A stretch of DNA of 32,000 nt from Candidatus Caldarchaeum subterraneum (GTDB taxonomy: Archaea; Thermoproteota; Nitrososphaeria_A; Caldarchaeales; Caldarchaeaceae), in NCBI GenBank assembly GCA_000270325.1, contig BA000048.1:457984-489983 (forward strand), written 5' to 3'. The translations under genes were made by a program, and so were the position numbers. Numbering within the stretch: position 1 is the stretch's first letter; every line of letters starts with the position of its first letter. A model generated the notes under the pieces. It did not search any database. It was not told the DNA's origin and saw only the letters and a program-made list of their open reading frames with translations. Below are positions 13,915 to 23,128 of the stretch, piece after piece.

Positions 13915-14349
13915 ATGAGCCTCGACCTAAAAAGCAAAGAGTTCTATGAGATGCTTCTTGACAACGTGCTGGCACGGGTTACGAGGGGGTCTTCCGCCAC
14001 CGCCGGTGACAGGGTTCTGGAGATATCGCCGAACCTCGTCATAGACGCGAAAAACACGTTTTTCACCAACCTCGGGCAGGTGGCTAAGATGCTTAACAGG
14101 GAGCCGGCGCATCTGGCTAGGTTTCTGCTGAAAGAGACGGGCCGAGCTGGAGCAGTATCGGATGATAAGCTCGTGATTCAGGGAAGGATGATGCATGATG
14201 AGGTGAAGCGGCTGCTCGACCTCTACATCAAAGAGTTCGTCCGCTGCCCCGTCTGCAACGGAATAGACACACGCATAGTTAGCGAGAAGAGGTTCAGGTT
14301 CCTCGTCTGCGATGCATGCGGAGCAAAAAGCCCCGTAAGAAGAATATAG
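13915..14349 (+). CDS. eif2b: translation initiation factor aIF-2 beta subunit
   Basis: 144 aa with the C-terminal C4 zinc ribbon CPVCNGIDTRIV...FLVCDACGA. Confidence 0.85.
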   Translation: MSLDLKSKEFYEMLLDNVLARVTRGSSATAGDRVLEISPNLVIDAKNTFFTNLGQVAKMLNREPAHLARFLLKETGRAGAVSDDKLVIQGRMMHDEVKRLLDLYIKEFVRCPVCNGIDTRIVSEKRFRFLVCDACGAKSPVRRI

Positions 14350-14435
14350 GACACAACGGCTATATAGTGACCCGCGGTAGATTGATACAGTGAGGAAACC
14401 TGTCCACAAACGCCGCTGATGAAGGACGGTGCTGG

Positions 14436-14723
14436 GTGAAGACGCATCGCTCCAAAACAGGTGAAGTGGTAGTCGCCATCTGCGACGAAATGCTTCTGGG
14501 CAGAAAGCTGCGGCTTTCGACAGGAGTTTCTGTTGAGGTGCAGGAGTCTTTTTACAAAGGTGTCTTAGTTTGTGAGACCGACCTCGAAGATTACTTTAGG
14601 ATGGGGACAATCATCAATTTGCTGGGGGAGAACGCTGTAAAGGCAGCGGTCAAGCTTGGATACGCAAGCGAGAAATCAATTATTTATGTCGACGGTGTGC
14701 CTCATATACAGCTATTTCTGTAG
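14436..14723 (+). CDS. small conserved archaeal protein (DUF424-like)
   Basis: GTG start, 95 aa. VVVAICDEMLLGRKL ... INLLGENAVKAAVKLGY ... VDGVPHIQLF resembles the DUF424 pattern. Confidence 0.45.
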   Translation: MKTHRSKTGEVVVAICDEMLLGRKLRLSTGVSVEVQESFYKGVLVCETDLEDYFRMGTIINLLGENAVKAAVKLGYASEKSIIYVDGVPHIQLFL

Positions 14724-14732
14724 GGTGGTTGC

Positions 14733-15074
14733 ATGAGGCTTTCAGAGCTTCAGAAAAGGGTTGAGGAGTTTGAGAAGGCGCGGGGATGGGACAGCTTCCG
14801 AGAATCTCTTATCTACGCCCATCTCATCGAGGAGATAACTGAGATTGGACGATTCATCTTGGAGAAGGAGGGGTATAAACGGAGCGGGTTGGGCCACTCC
14901 TCGCCCGGTGAAGACCTCGACAGCGAATTCGCACAGTCTCTTACACTTTTTGTCCAGTTGGCCAACAGGTTTGGAGTCGACCTGGAAAAAGCTCTCGCTA
15001 AGGAGATGGCGAAGATGGAGAAGAGGTTTAACGCCGAGGAGTGGCGGAAGGCCCTTGGCCGCGACGGCTCCTAA
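14733..15074 (+). CDS. MazG-like nucleotide pyrophosphohydrolase
   Basis: All-alpha 113-aa protein: RVEEFEKARGWDSF ... AHLIEEITEIGRF (EExxE-type metal site) ... FAQSLTLFVQLANRFGVDLE. Confidence 0.65.
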   Translation: MRLSELQKRVEEFEKARGWDSFRESLIYAHLIEEITEIGRFILEKEGYKRSGLGHSSPGEDLDSEFAQSLTLFVQLANRFGVDLEKALAKEMAKMEKRFNAEEWRKALGRDGS

Positions 15075-16326
15075 GCTCCGCTAAAATCTCCTCAGCCTTA
15101 TCCACGCGAATGGTTTTTTGGCGGACCATCTCCTCTGCGACGAGGTCTATCTCCTCGCCCGTCGCTCCGGCCATGACGGCGATGTTTTTGGCGTGAAGGC
15201 TCATGTGACCTGCTTGTATTCCCTCGGCCGCCAACGCCCTAAGCGCCGCGAGGTTCTGGACAAGCCCGACAGCCGCCATAACCTCGGCAAGCTCCCGCGC
15301 CGACTTGATGCCCAAGATTTTGAGACACGTCTTCGCCACGGGGTTTGTCCTCACCGCTCCACCCACTATGCCCACGGCTAGGGGCAGCTCGATGACACCG
15401 TATAGGTCTCCGCTTGGTGTCTGCTCCCAAATGGTCAGAGGCTCGTATCGCCCGTTCCTCGCCGCATATGCATGTGCCCCTGCCTCGATGGCTCTCCAGT
15501 CATTACCCGTGGCTATAGCCACTGCGTCTATGCCGTTCATGATGCCTTTGTTGTGTGTGGCGGCTCTGTAGGGGTCGGCCTTGGCGAACTGATATGCTTC
15601 AACTATTCCGCGGGCCACTTCGACACCTCCAACCGATTCGGCGGGAACTCTGGCATATGCTCGTGCGATGCGTTTGTCGGCGAGGTTGGAGATTATGCGG
15701 AGACGGAATTTGCCTCCAGATAGGCGTGCGAGAAATGGTGCAACGCTTTCGGCCATGGTGTTGACGGCGTTCGCCCCCATCGCGTCCCTAACATCCACGA
15801 TGAGATGCACAACCACCATCGGGCCCAATTCCGTCTCGAGAACACGCGCCTCCACATCCTTCGCCCCTCCACCCAAGTTAACCAGCACAGGGTCACACTC
15901 ATTAGCCCGCGCAAGAATCTCATCCCTGTTCCTCAAAATCTCCATCTTAGCATGAAACGGGTTGCTTACCTCGACAAGCTGCACCTGCCCGATCATGAGC
16001 TGGCTGGGCTGGAAAGAGAAAATCCCTCCACCGTCGCGCGCCATCTTCGCGGCGTTAGATGCAGCAGCCACCACAGAAGGCTCCTCAACAGCCATCGGAA
16101 CAAGATAATCTCTGCCGTTTATGAGAAAGTTGGCTGCGATGCCGAGTGGTAGAGGAAAGACGCCGACCACGTTTTCAATCATTCTGCTAGCGGTCGCGAT
16201 GTCGAGACCGCATGAGGAGATTAGCTTCTTCTCCTCATCGGTTAGTTGTGCAAATTCTGCGACAACCCGAAGCCTTTCCTCAGGTTTGAGTGTGTAGAAA
16301 CCCGGTATCCTCGAGCTTTTAGTCAT
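15028..16326 (-). CDS. hmgA: hydroxymethylglutaryl-CoA reductase, class-II-like
   Basis: SRIPGFYTLKPEERL N-terminus, ENVVGVFPLPLGIAANFLINGRDYLVPMAVEEPSVVAAAS, DAMGANAVN, VGIVGGAVRTNP. The 3' end overlaps the MazG-like gene by 47 nt. Confidence 0.85.
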   Translation of the reverse strand: MTKSSRIPGFYTLKPEERLRVVAEFAQLTDEEKKLISSCGLDIATASRMIENVVGVFPLPLGIAANFLINGRDYLVPMAVEEPSVVAAASNAAKMARDGGGIFSFQPSQLMIGQVQLVEVSNPFHAKMEILRNRDEILARANECDPVLVNLGGGAKDVEARVLETELGPMVVVHLIVDVRDAMGANAVNTMAESVAPFLARLSGGKFRLRIISNLADKRIARAYARVPAESVGGVEVARGIVEAYQFAKADPYRAATHNKGIMNGIDAVAIATGNDWRAIEAGAHAYAARNGRYEPLTIWEQTPSGDLYGVIELPLAVGIVGGAVRTNPVAKTCLKILGIKSARELAEVMAAVGLVQNLAALRALAAEGIQAGHMSLHAKNIAVMAGATGEEIDLVAEEMVRQKTIRVDKAEEILAELRSRRGQGPSATPRR

Positions 16327-16350
16327 GATTGATACGGGAACACAGGGTTT

Positions 16351-16971
16351 TTATCTTTTTCCAAGCAAAATTTTCAGAGCCGCTGCAAGGGCCGAGTACA
16401 TGGCCCGCGGCTCGTCCTCGGCGCCTGTTATAATTATCACGTCCCCCACCTCAGGTTTGAAAAACGATTTGACCTGCTCAGCAAACTCGGGTCTCTCGAC
16501 GCTTAGGTTGCTGACTCGCGGCATGTGGACGCCGTCGCTGAGAAAGGTCAAAACCATAGCCGCGGAGGCGCCGTGACGCACCGCCTCGTCCCTTTCCTCC
16601 AAACCCGTGGAGATTCTTTCAGCCAAGCCCTTTACAACGAGTCCATAATTCGCCGGCGCTTCCCAAGGCATCTTGAAAGATATTTTTCTCAACGGCGAAA
16701 CAAGTTTCTTCAGCCTCTCGTAGACCTCTTCCCCCTTTTCTGTCAAAGCGACTCCACCCCGTGTCGAGACGGCGAGCCCCCGTTTCATAAGCCTCGAGAC
16801 CATGGTTCTAACAGACCCTTCCCCCAGTTGAAGAAGCTCCTTCAACCTTTTACGGCCGATGTACGGCTCCGAGCCAATCAAAAAAATGAGGTAAACCAGC
16901 TGAGGCTCGGTGAAGGTCGGCGAAGGCCCTTTCCCCTCTTTTACACTTAGTATCTTTCGTAGAGCCTCCAT
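16351..16971 (-). CDS. winged-helix DNA-binding protein with a conserved C-terminal domain
   Basis: The N-terminus reads IGRKRLKELLQLGEGSVRTMVSRLMKRGLAVSTRGGVALTEKGEE, a MarR-like wHTH. The gene ends 24 nt upstream of the hmgA start. Confidence 0.45.
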   Translation of the reverse strand: MEALRKILSVKEGKGPSPTFTEPQLVYLIFLIGSEPYIGRKRLKELLQLGEGSVRTMVSRLMKRGLAVSTRGGVALTEKGEEVYERLKKLVSPLRKISFKMPWEAPANYGLVVKGLAERISTGLEERDEAVRHGASAAMVLTFLSDGVHMPRVSNLSVERPEFAEQVKSFFKPEVGDVIIITGAEDEPRAMYSALAAALKILLGKR

Positions 16972-17005
16972 CTGCTAAATGGTCCTCGAGTCCCTTAATT
17001 AAAGG

Positions 17006-17914
17006 TTAGGCGAAGCCAAGCGCCTCGAGCAGTTTTTCAGCAGGCTTGTCCACTAGGTCGTCGAGCTCCTGGCCAACGCCGAGGAAGAGGAGCGGTTTTC
17101 CCGTTGAATGTGAAATGGAGATGGCTGAGCCGCCTTTGGCGTCGGCATCAACTTTCGATAAGATAACGTAGTCGATGCCAACCACTTCATCGAACATCTT
17201 GGCCTGCTGGACAGCGGCGTTTCCGGCGAGGGCGTCGCCCGTGTATATGACGAAATCGGGTTTAACAACTCTTTTGAGTTTCCGCATCTCCTCGAGTAGT
17301 CCACGGTCCAATTCTGTTCTCCCGGCTGTATCGATTAGAACAACGTTGACACGCATGCTTGAAGCTTTGTTCAAAGCGTCCACAGCCACAGCCGCCGGGT
17401 CTGCTCCATAGCTTTGGCTGACAACCATGAAGCCCGCCCGCTGCCCGAGTGTCTCCAGCTGCTCGATGGCACCTGCTCTGAAGGTGTCTGCTGAAGCAAG
17501 AATCACGGAGTAGCCTCTCTTCCTCAGATAGTGTGCGAGCTTCACAACTGTCGTGGTTTTTCCTGAGCCGTTGGGGCCCACGAAGAGAATCACCGCAGGC
17601 CTACCCTGTTTCCTGGCCTCGTCAACCCGTTTCAAAACAAGGTTGACGTCAGCCACCTTGATAAGCGGCTCAATCGCCTTTTTCAAGGCTTCTTTCAAAA
17701 CGGCCTCCCGGTCACCGAACCGTGGAACATCCATCTCCAAAAGAGTATGCCTCAAACTGTTTACTATCGCGTCAGCGGTCTCCACCGCCACATCAGCTTC
17801 CACGAGCTGCAGATAAAAATCGGACAAGACATTTTCAACCTCTTTCGGCGAGGGCTTCGCCGTCTTCACTGTCTCTATGAAAGATGAGAAGATTTTCGCG
17901 ACGGTTTTCAGCAA
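17006..17914 (-). CDS. ftsY: signal recognition particle receptor FtsY
   Basis: GPNGSGKTTT (G1), DTAGR (G3), SKVDADAKGG (G4/G5). TTG start 6 nt after the pfdA stop. Confidence 0.9.
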   Translation of the reverse strand: MLKTVAKIFSSFIETVKTAKPSPKEVENVLSDFYLQLVEADVAVETADAIVNSLRHTLLEMDVPRFGDREAVLKEALKKAIEPLIKVADVNLVLKRVDEARKQGRPAVILFVGPNGSGKTTTVVKLAHYLRKRGYSVILASADTFRAGAIEQLETLGQRAGFMVVSQSYGADPAAVAVDALNKASSMRVNVVLIDTAGRTELDRGLLEEMRKLKRVVKPDFVIYTGDALAGNAAVQQAKMFDEVVGIDYVILSKVDADAKGGSAISISHSTGKPLLFLGVGQELDDLVDKPAEKLLEALGFA

Positions 17915-17920
17915 ATCCTA

Positions 17921-18361
17921 CTACCCTTGCCGCTGCTGCGACGTCAAAGCCCTGTTCAAAAACCTGCGCAGCTCCTCAGCTCTTCCCGCATACTCGGACA
18001 GCCTCTTAGCCAACGCGTCGACATAGGCCTGAAGAGCCTGGTTTCTCTTGGTTAAAAGCTGCTGAGTATCCTCGAGGGCTTTTACGGCATACACACCCGC
18101 GCCCAAGCTGACCGTAACTTTTTCAACGGATTGAAGGCTTGCCTCGGCGAATGTCCCCGAGCCGATAGGCACGAGAATCTTCATGCTTCCACCCGACTTA
18201 CGAATCTCCTCAATCAGTTTCACAGCCTCCTCATGCTCAGCCACAGACCTCTGCAGCGTGAGAATCCTCGCCTGAAGGTCTGCGACAAGACGTTCAAGCA
18301 ACTGCAGCTCCTCAAGCGCTTGGGCGACCTCGGCCTCCGACATGGCTGAAAACAGATTCAC
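17921..18361 (-). CDS. pfdA: prefoldin alpha subunit
   Basis: 146 aa with two long coiled-coil arms flanking a beta-hairpin core (ILVPIGSGTFAEASL..VTVSLGAGVYAV), in the conserved position between eif6 and ftsY. GTTATAAAGGG lies 23 nt upstream of the ATG. Confidence 0.8.
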   Translation of the reverse strand: MNLFSAMSEAEVAQALEELQLLERLVADLQARILTLQRSVAEHEEAVKLIEEIRKSGGSMKILVPIGSGTFAEASLQSVEKVTVSLGAGVYAVKALEDTQQLLTKRNQALQAYVDALAKRLSEYAGRAEELRRFLNRALTSQQRQG

Positions 18362-18394
18362 AGAAGCCCTTTATAACGTTATCAAACAGGAAGG

Positions 18395-19063
18395 TTATCT
18401 CTGGAAAACTCTTGAGATGGTCATTAGCTCGGGCCCTGTGGTTAATGCGCCCACTATTGCGCCGCTGGAGTTGGCGGCTATTCCGCTGCGTGGAAAAAGC
18501 ACACCGCCGTTGACCGTGCCAGTATCCACATTGACATGCAGCACGTCCTCCACCAGCTTCAGCTCATCATCCTCAGCGTCTACAAAGACCAGCGCCCCCA
18601 CATTTGTCGCCGCGACCAGCGAACCCACGTAGGACCTGTTTGCTACAGTTGAGGAAACTGTTTCGGTGCCCAAAACATCGGCAACAACTTTCGCAACGTT
18701 TTTGCCCAGCAGAGAGCTAACCACGGCGCCTCTGTCGTTACATAGTATCAGGTTGCCTACGGCTGTGTATTTGGTGTCGAGACGATGAATGTTCAAGTCG
18801 GGAAGAGCGGCTTTGATTTTCTTCAGCTCCTCATCCACCACGAGCTTGGATAAGAGCAGCCCGTTTGAGTTACCCGCCGCGAAAGGCGCGACTAGGATGC
18901 TGTCGGCTAAAGAGGTTAGGATGGTGTCAACCTTCAGCACTTGTTGAAATACCCTGACTTTCGACGGGTTTATCTCCTTGGAGAGAATAACGTAGCGGTC
19001 TGTTGGGAGAGCAAACAAGCCCACCTCAGCGGAGCCGAGCACAGTCTCCAGCCTAATCTCCAT
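18395..19063 (-). CDS. eif6: translation initiation factor 6 (aIF6)
   Basis: 222 aa with a repeated pseudo-fivefold pattern (GSAEVGLFALPTDRYVIL, GNSNGLLL, VGNLILCNDRGAVVS, VGSLVAATNVGALV). Confidence 0.85.
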   Translation of the reverse strand: MEIRLETVLGSAEVGLFALPTDRYVILSKEINPSKVRVFQQVLKVDTILTSLADSILVAPFAAGNSNGLLLSKLVVDEELKKIKAALPDLNIHRLDTKYTAVGNLILCNDRGAVVSSLLGKNVAKVVADVLGTETVSSTVANRSYVGSLVAATNVGALVFVDAEDDELKLVEDVLHVNVDTGTVNGGVLFPRSGIAANSSGAIVGALTTGPELMTISRVFQR

Positions 19064-19074
19064 AACAAGCTCCG

Positions 19075-19356
19075 CTACTCCTTCTCCTCGGCCGATGCCT
19101 CGTTCTCAAGCCTCACTACAACCGTGTCCTCGTCCTCTTTTTCCAGAACAACACGTATCCTCCGCGGAGGGCTTTGACGACTGTTCGCCCAAAGTATCTC
19201 GTTGACCTTCGGAGATATCTTCACTACAGAGGCCTTTCCATGCCTCATCGCATACTCTTTGACTAAACGGACCGCTGCATCGGTTCTCCTAAGCCTCGAA
19301 GCCTTCCAAGCATCACCCAACGGAATCACGTGCACACGCGGTGAATGCTGACTCAA
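19075..19356 (-). CDS. rpl31e: 50S ribosomal protein L31e
   Basis: VIPLGDAWKASRLRR...VKISPKVNEILWANSRQSPPRRIRVVL. The listed start is TTG 19356; GTG 19335 or 19329 are alternatives. Confidence 0.85.
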   Translation of the reverse strand: MSQHSPRVHVIPLGDAWKASRLRRTDAAVRLVKEYAMRHGKASVVKISPKVNEILWANSRQSPPRRIRVVLEKEDEDTVVVRLENEASAEEKE

Positions 19357-19446
19357 CCCATCAACCGGTGAATAGTCTAGATTTTAACCCTATTGCCATC
19401 TAAATCCATGCCAGCTCCGTAGCTGTCTAACCGTTGCCTAAATTAA

Positions 19447-20709
19447 TTAAACACCGTATCTCTCAGCGTATTTGCGGAGAGCCTGCTTGAAAGGCTCGAT
19501 AGGAATTTCAACTATGCCCGCTCCCACTTGACCGACGCCGGCGTTTTTGTGAGCTATCCCCGTATCTGCTACGGGAGGAAGACCAAGCCGCAGAACGCGC
19601 CGAATATCCACCCCAACAGGAGTCCCCTCAAACTCTAGATAAGGAATCGTGAAGTAACGGTGTCTCCCATAGCATATGCGAGCCATGCGGTTGGTGATTT
19701 CGAGGGCTAGCTTAACGTCGCCGCCGACGAATTTGACTATTGCGGGGCTTGCCGCCATGGCCGCCGCTCCGAGACCCGCTGTCTCCGTAATTGTGCTGTC
19801 TCCGATGTCGGGGTTTGAGTCGTTCTCAGTGAAGCCCGGGAAATACAGACCCTTAGGAACAGGCGCTGGGGCGGTAAACCATTCGTCCCCCAATCCGCTG
19901 ACCCTTATTCCCAAATCTGTGCCGTTTCTCGAGATAGTTGTGACGATTGTGCTGTATTTTATATTGTGGGCTTTATCCGTCATGAGTTTGCAGGACGCCA
20001 TAGCTAGGTTTAGGAAGAAAAGGTTGTTTGCGTTGATGGTGGTTAACACTTCTTGAGCCGTTTTCGTGTCAGCAACCTTCACAACATGAGACGTGATTTC
20101 CCTGAAAAAGAGAGAGGTTGCGGCTATATTCCTGTTGTGACATTCATCGCCCATGTGGACAGCTTGAGCGATAATGTTGCGGAGGTCTATTCCTCCTTTC
20201 TCCTTGACAGCATCACGTATGGCGTCGGCCAGCACATCCGCGAACGGCCCGTTTAAGTATTTCAGCTTCTTGAGCACATCCTCCGAATACGCTCCATACC
20301 GCAGCACTTTTCCCAAGCCCTCGTTCAGGTTGCTAAAAGCCTTCACCTCGCCGTCAGAGACCACGAAAACCTTCATGGAAGGCGAAATGACACCAGCCAT
20401 GGGGCCCACAGCCGAATGATGATGGTTGGGCTCAAGAACTATTTCCCCTGTTTCAGCCAGCCGTATCGCTCTCTGCTCATTATCGGCCCATCCTTCGTAT
20501 AAAGCCGCTCCTATGATGGCTCCACGGAGAGGGCCGCTGGCTCTCTCCCAGGAGATAGGTGGTCCCGCATGTGTCAGGTGATAATCTTTTCTGAGGAACT
20601 GGATGGATTTGCGTGCTTCGACAAGGTCGGTTAGAACAGGCTTCGTCTCCATCATCAGCTCAAGAGTCTTCTGATTCGCTCTTTCGATTTCTTCCTTCAT
20701 GTTCTCCAT
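19447..20709 (-). CDS. DUF1116-family protein (YlbE/YahG, AllG-like)
   Basis: HAGPPISWERASGPLRGAIIGAALYEGWA and HMGDECHNRN match the E. coli YlbE/YahG family as I remember it. The C-terminus reads IAHKNAGVGQVGAGIVEIP...ERYGV. Confidence 0.7.
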   Translation of the reverse strand: MENMKEEIERANQKTLELMMETKPVLTDLVEARKSIQFLRKDYHLTHAGPPISWERASGPLRGAIIGAALYEGWADNEQRAIRLAETGEIVLEPNHHHSAVGPMAGVISPSMKVFVVSDGEVKAFSNLNEGLGKVLRYGAYSEDVLKKLKYLNGPFADVLADAIRDAVKEKGGIDLRNIIAQAVHMGDECHNRNIAATSLFFREITSHVVKVADTKTAQEVLTTINANNLFFLNLAMASCKLMTDKAHNIKYSTIVTTISRNGTDLGIRVSGLGDEWFTAPAPVPKGLYFPGFTENDSNPDIGDSTITETAGLGAAAMAASPAIVKFVGGDVKLALEITNRMARICYGRHRYFTIPYLEFEGTPVGVDIRRVLRLGLPPVADTGIAHKNAGVGQVGAGIVEIPIEPFKQALRKYAERYGV

Positions 20710-20712
20710 TTC

Positions 20713-21519
20713 CTACTTAGCTGGAGTTATGGCGATTACCCTACAGTACGCGCTTTCCCCACCCTCAAACTTGAAAGGCGGAGCCATTATCAAGCATCTT
20801 TTATTAGCAACCTTATCGATATCGCCCCCAAGGTTTTCAGCATGCAGAATCATTTTCGGGAACAACATTGTATGCATTACTTGATAGTTTTCAGGCCAAG
20901 GCATCAACTCATCGATTTTCTTTCCCCATTTCTTCTCGGCCTCTGCGACTAGGTCTGGTCTCGCTCTGCGGATGATTGTATTGAGCGGGTGGTCCTGTGA
21001 AGCTGCGTCAACACCCAACCATCTAATCTTCTTCTCTATACACCATTTCGCAAACCGGACATCTGGCCCGGGATGTTTACATATGTATCTGACCTCATCA
21101 GGCTCTTGGCCACACCAAGCATATCTGCTGTAGCCGGTGTAAATGATGAGAATGTCGTCGGGCCTAATCTCAAGCCCAGCCTCTTTGGCCGCGCCCTCAA
21201 TTGTTTCAGGTGTGTAGATATCATAGTCTCCCACCTTCCTGCTTATATCGACGACGACACCTTCGCCGATGAAATAGTTTATGTCGATGCTTGCGATATC
21301 TTTTCCACCTGTCATGAAATGTAACTGCCCATCGAAGTGGGTGCCATGATGCAGCGGCCCCTCGATATACATGGCGTTTACGTTGTGCTCGCTAAGCCTC
21401 TTTATCCACGTGGCTTTGAAAGGCGGATACCACATGAAAGGCGGCGCCTTGGTGCTGGTTGGCTGAGAAAGGTCGTAAATCTTTACTTTTGAAAGATCTA
21501 AAACACTACTGCTACTCAC
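20713..21519 (-). CDS. cyclase-family metal hydrolase (kynurenine/aryl-formamidase fold)
   Basis: HHGTHFDGQLHF matches the HxGTHxDxPxH motif. The listed ORF runs to ATG 21579, but that would overlap the fdrA start. I prefer GTG 21519, exactly 25 nt downstream of the TATA element. Confidence 0.65.
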   Translation of the reverse strand: MSSSSVLDLSKVKIYDLSQPTSTKAPPFMWYPPFKATWIKRLSEHNVNAMYIEGPLHHGTHFDGQLHFMTGGKDIASIDINYFIGEGVVVDISRKVGDYDIYTPETIEGAAKEAGLEIRPDDILIIYTGYSRYAWCGQEPDEVRYICKHPGPDVRFAKWCIEKKIRWLGVDAASQDHPLNTIIRRARPDLVAEAEKKWGKKIDELMPWPENYQVMHTMLFPKMILHAENLGGDIDKVANKRCLIMAPPFKFEGGESAYCRVIAITPAK

Positions 21520-21543
21520 GGAAAGTGATATGTGTGTCGGATG

Positions 21544-21554
21544 ATATAAATATT
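21544..21554. promoter_or_regulatory. single near-palindromic TATA element serving both divergent genes
   Basis: ATATAAATATT. TATAAATA (21545-21552) is 25 nt from ATG 21578 on the plus strand and 25 nt from GTG 21519 on the minus strand. Confidence 0.5.
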
Positions 21555-21577
21555 CGCCGTCGCATGAACTAGGTGAC

Positions 21578-23128
21578 ATGGCTGTCTATAAGGTCGCGAA
21601 CCTTGTTGTAAGCGGAGTTTACAGAGACTCTGTCCAGTTGATGGAGGTTTCTGAAAGCATCAAGCGGCTGAAGGGGGTCGTCGATGCCGCGGTAGTAATG
21701 GGGACGGTCTCCAACAAAGAGTCGCTCAAACCCTTGGGGCTTTTGACAAGCGAAGGAGAAAAAGCTGGCCCCAACGACATAATAATAGCTGTCAAGGCTG
21801 CGGGAAACATTGAAGAAATTTTGGAAACATCCAAGAAATTATTGTTCGAGACACATGTGACTGCGCCAAAATATATCAGCATTGAAGAGGCGTTGAATGC
21901 TAACCCTGACGTAAAGTTTGCCTCGATATCTATACCGGGGGGATACGTCGAGGAGGTGGCGGTTAAACTTATTGAAGGAAACGTTAACTTGTTTATTTTC
22001 AGCGACCACGTCCCTATAGAGACGGAGGTTTCGCTGAAGCGGAAAGCTTCTTCTAGAGACCTGCTTGTCATGGGGCCCGAAGCCGGTACAGCTTTTGTCG
22101 CTGGTGTTGGATTCGGTTTCGCAAACAATGTCATGAGGGGAAATGTTGGAGTAGTTGCCTCCGCGGGGTCTGGCATCCAAGAGTTTGTAACTCTGCTGGA
22201 CGCATATGGAATCGGTGTTAGCCACGCCATAGGTGTAGGTGCCAGAGACTTGACTGAAAAAGTTGGTGGAATTATGGCGCAGAAGGCTTTGAGGCTTCTA
22301 AACGGCGACAGCGACACAAAATTCATCGCGTTTATCGCGAAACACTCGGACATCAACGTGGTTAAGAGAATATTAGAGGAGGAGAAAATCTCGAAACCAC
22401 TAGCACTATGTCTGCTCGGAGTCTCGCAGCCAATCACCGACCAACCGCAGTCTCACACTCTACATGGACTGGTGATGCATATAGCTTCACAGCTTTCAAG
22501 GGGCAAGAGGGACGAGATGATAAACAGCTTATTAAGAGAAGCAGATATGTTGAAGAAAATGGTATCCCATGAGCCTGGTTTTCCACGTGGCTTCTACAGC
22601 GGCGGTACTCTAGCAACGGAGACCGCGTACGTTTGGAACAAGGCGGGGCTGGAGATATATTCAAACATAGGTTTATCATGGACCCGCAGACTTGACAACC
22701 CATACACCTCAATAGGTGCAACCATAGTTGACTATGGTTCGGAGGAGTTCACCGAAGGCAGACCACATCCGATAATAGACCCCACACTCAGAAACAGACG
22801 CATCGTAACAGAGCTAGAGTCGGACTCAACCAATTCAATAGCCATGGACCTGATAATTGGATACGGCGCACCAGACAATATAGTGAGTAAAGTTTTTGAC
22901 GAGATTGGAGAAGCTGTTTTGAAAAATAGAAAAAAGAGGCTAGCCGTCCGAGTGGTCGGCACAGACAAGGACTATCAATGGCCTCAGGTTAGCGGTATCG
23001 AAAAATTTGGCGTGCTGACATCTTCTTCAAACGCCATGGCCGCCGTTTTCACAGCAGCTTGTGGAAAAAATGACCCCAGCCTTGTCGACTTTTTGATTAG
23101 TGAGCTTATTTTGGAGGTGGAAAAATGA
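21578..23128 (+). CDS. fdrA: FdrA-family protein (succinyl-CoA-synthetase-alpha-like fold; AllF-like)
   Basis: The YRDSVQLM N-terminus, GPEAGTAFVAG...GNVGVVASAGSGIQE and GRPHPIIDPTLRN closely parallel E. coli FdrA. Confidence 0.8.
   Translation: MAVYKVANLVVSGVYRDSVQLMEVSESIKRLKGVVDAAVVMGTVSNKESLKPLGLLTSEGEKAGPNDIIIAVKAAGNIEEILETSKKLLFETHVTAPKYISIEEALNANPDVKFASISIPGGYVEEVAVKLIEGNVNLFIFSDHVPIETEVSLKRKASSRDLLVMGPEAGTAFVAGVGFGFANNVMRGNVGVVASAGSGIQEFVTLLDAYGIGVSHAIGVGARDLTEKVGGIMAQKALRLLNGDSDTKFIAFIAKHSDINVVKRILEEEKISKPLALCLLGVSQPITDQPQSHTLHGLVMHIASQLSRGKRDEMINSLLREADMLKKMVSHEPGFPRGFYSGGTLATETAYVWNKAGLEIYSNIGLSWTRRLDNPYTSIGATIVDYGSEEFTEGRPHPIIDPTLRNRRIVTELESDSTNSIAMDLIIGYGAPDNIVSKVFDEIGEAVLKNRKKRLAVRVVGTDKDYQWPQVSGIEKFGVLTSSSNAMAAVFTAACGKNDPSLVDFLISELILEVEK

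Noticed and set aside
19357-19446. rpl39e upstream of rpl31e, and rplX between eif6 and pfdA (the usual archaeal cluster members)
   Set aside because: The gaps are only 90 nt upstream of rpl31e and 33 nt (18362-18394) between eif6 and pfdA. That is too small for either gene, so they must be elsewhere in the genome.
21520-21579. ATG 21579 as the start of the cyclase-family gene (ORF-track start)
   Set aside because: It would overlap the fdrA start codon and place the shared TATA element inside the coding region. The extra 20 residues (MSPSSCDGEYLYHPTHISLS) are not part of the cyclase fold. GTG 21519 sits at canonical leaderless distance.
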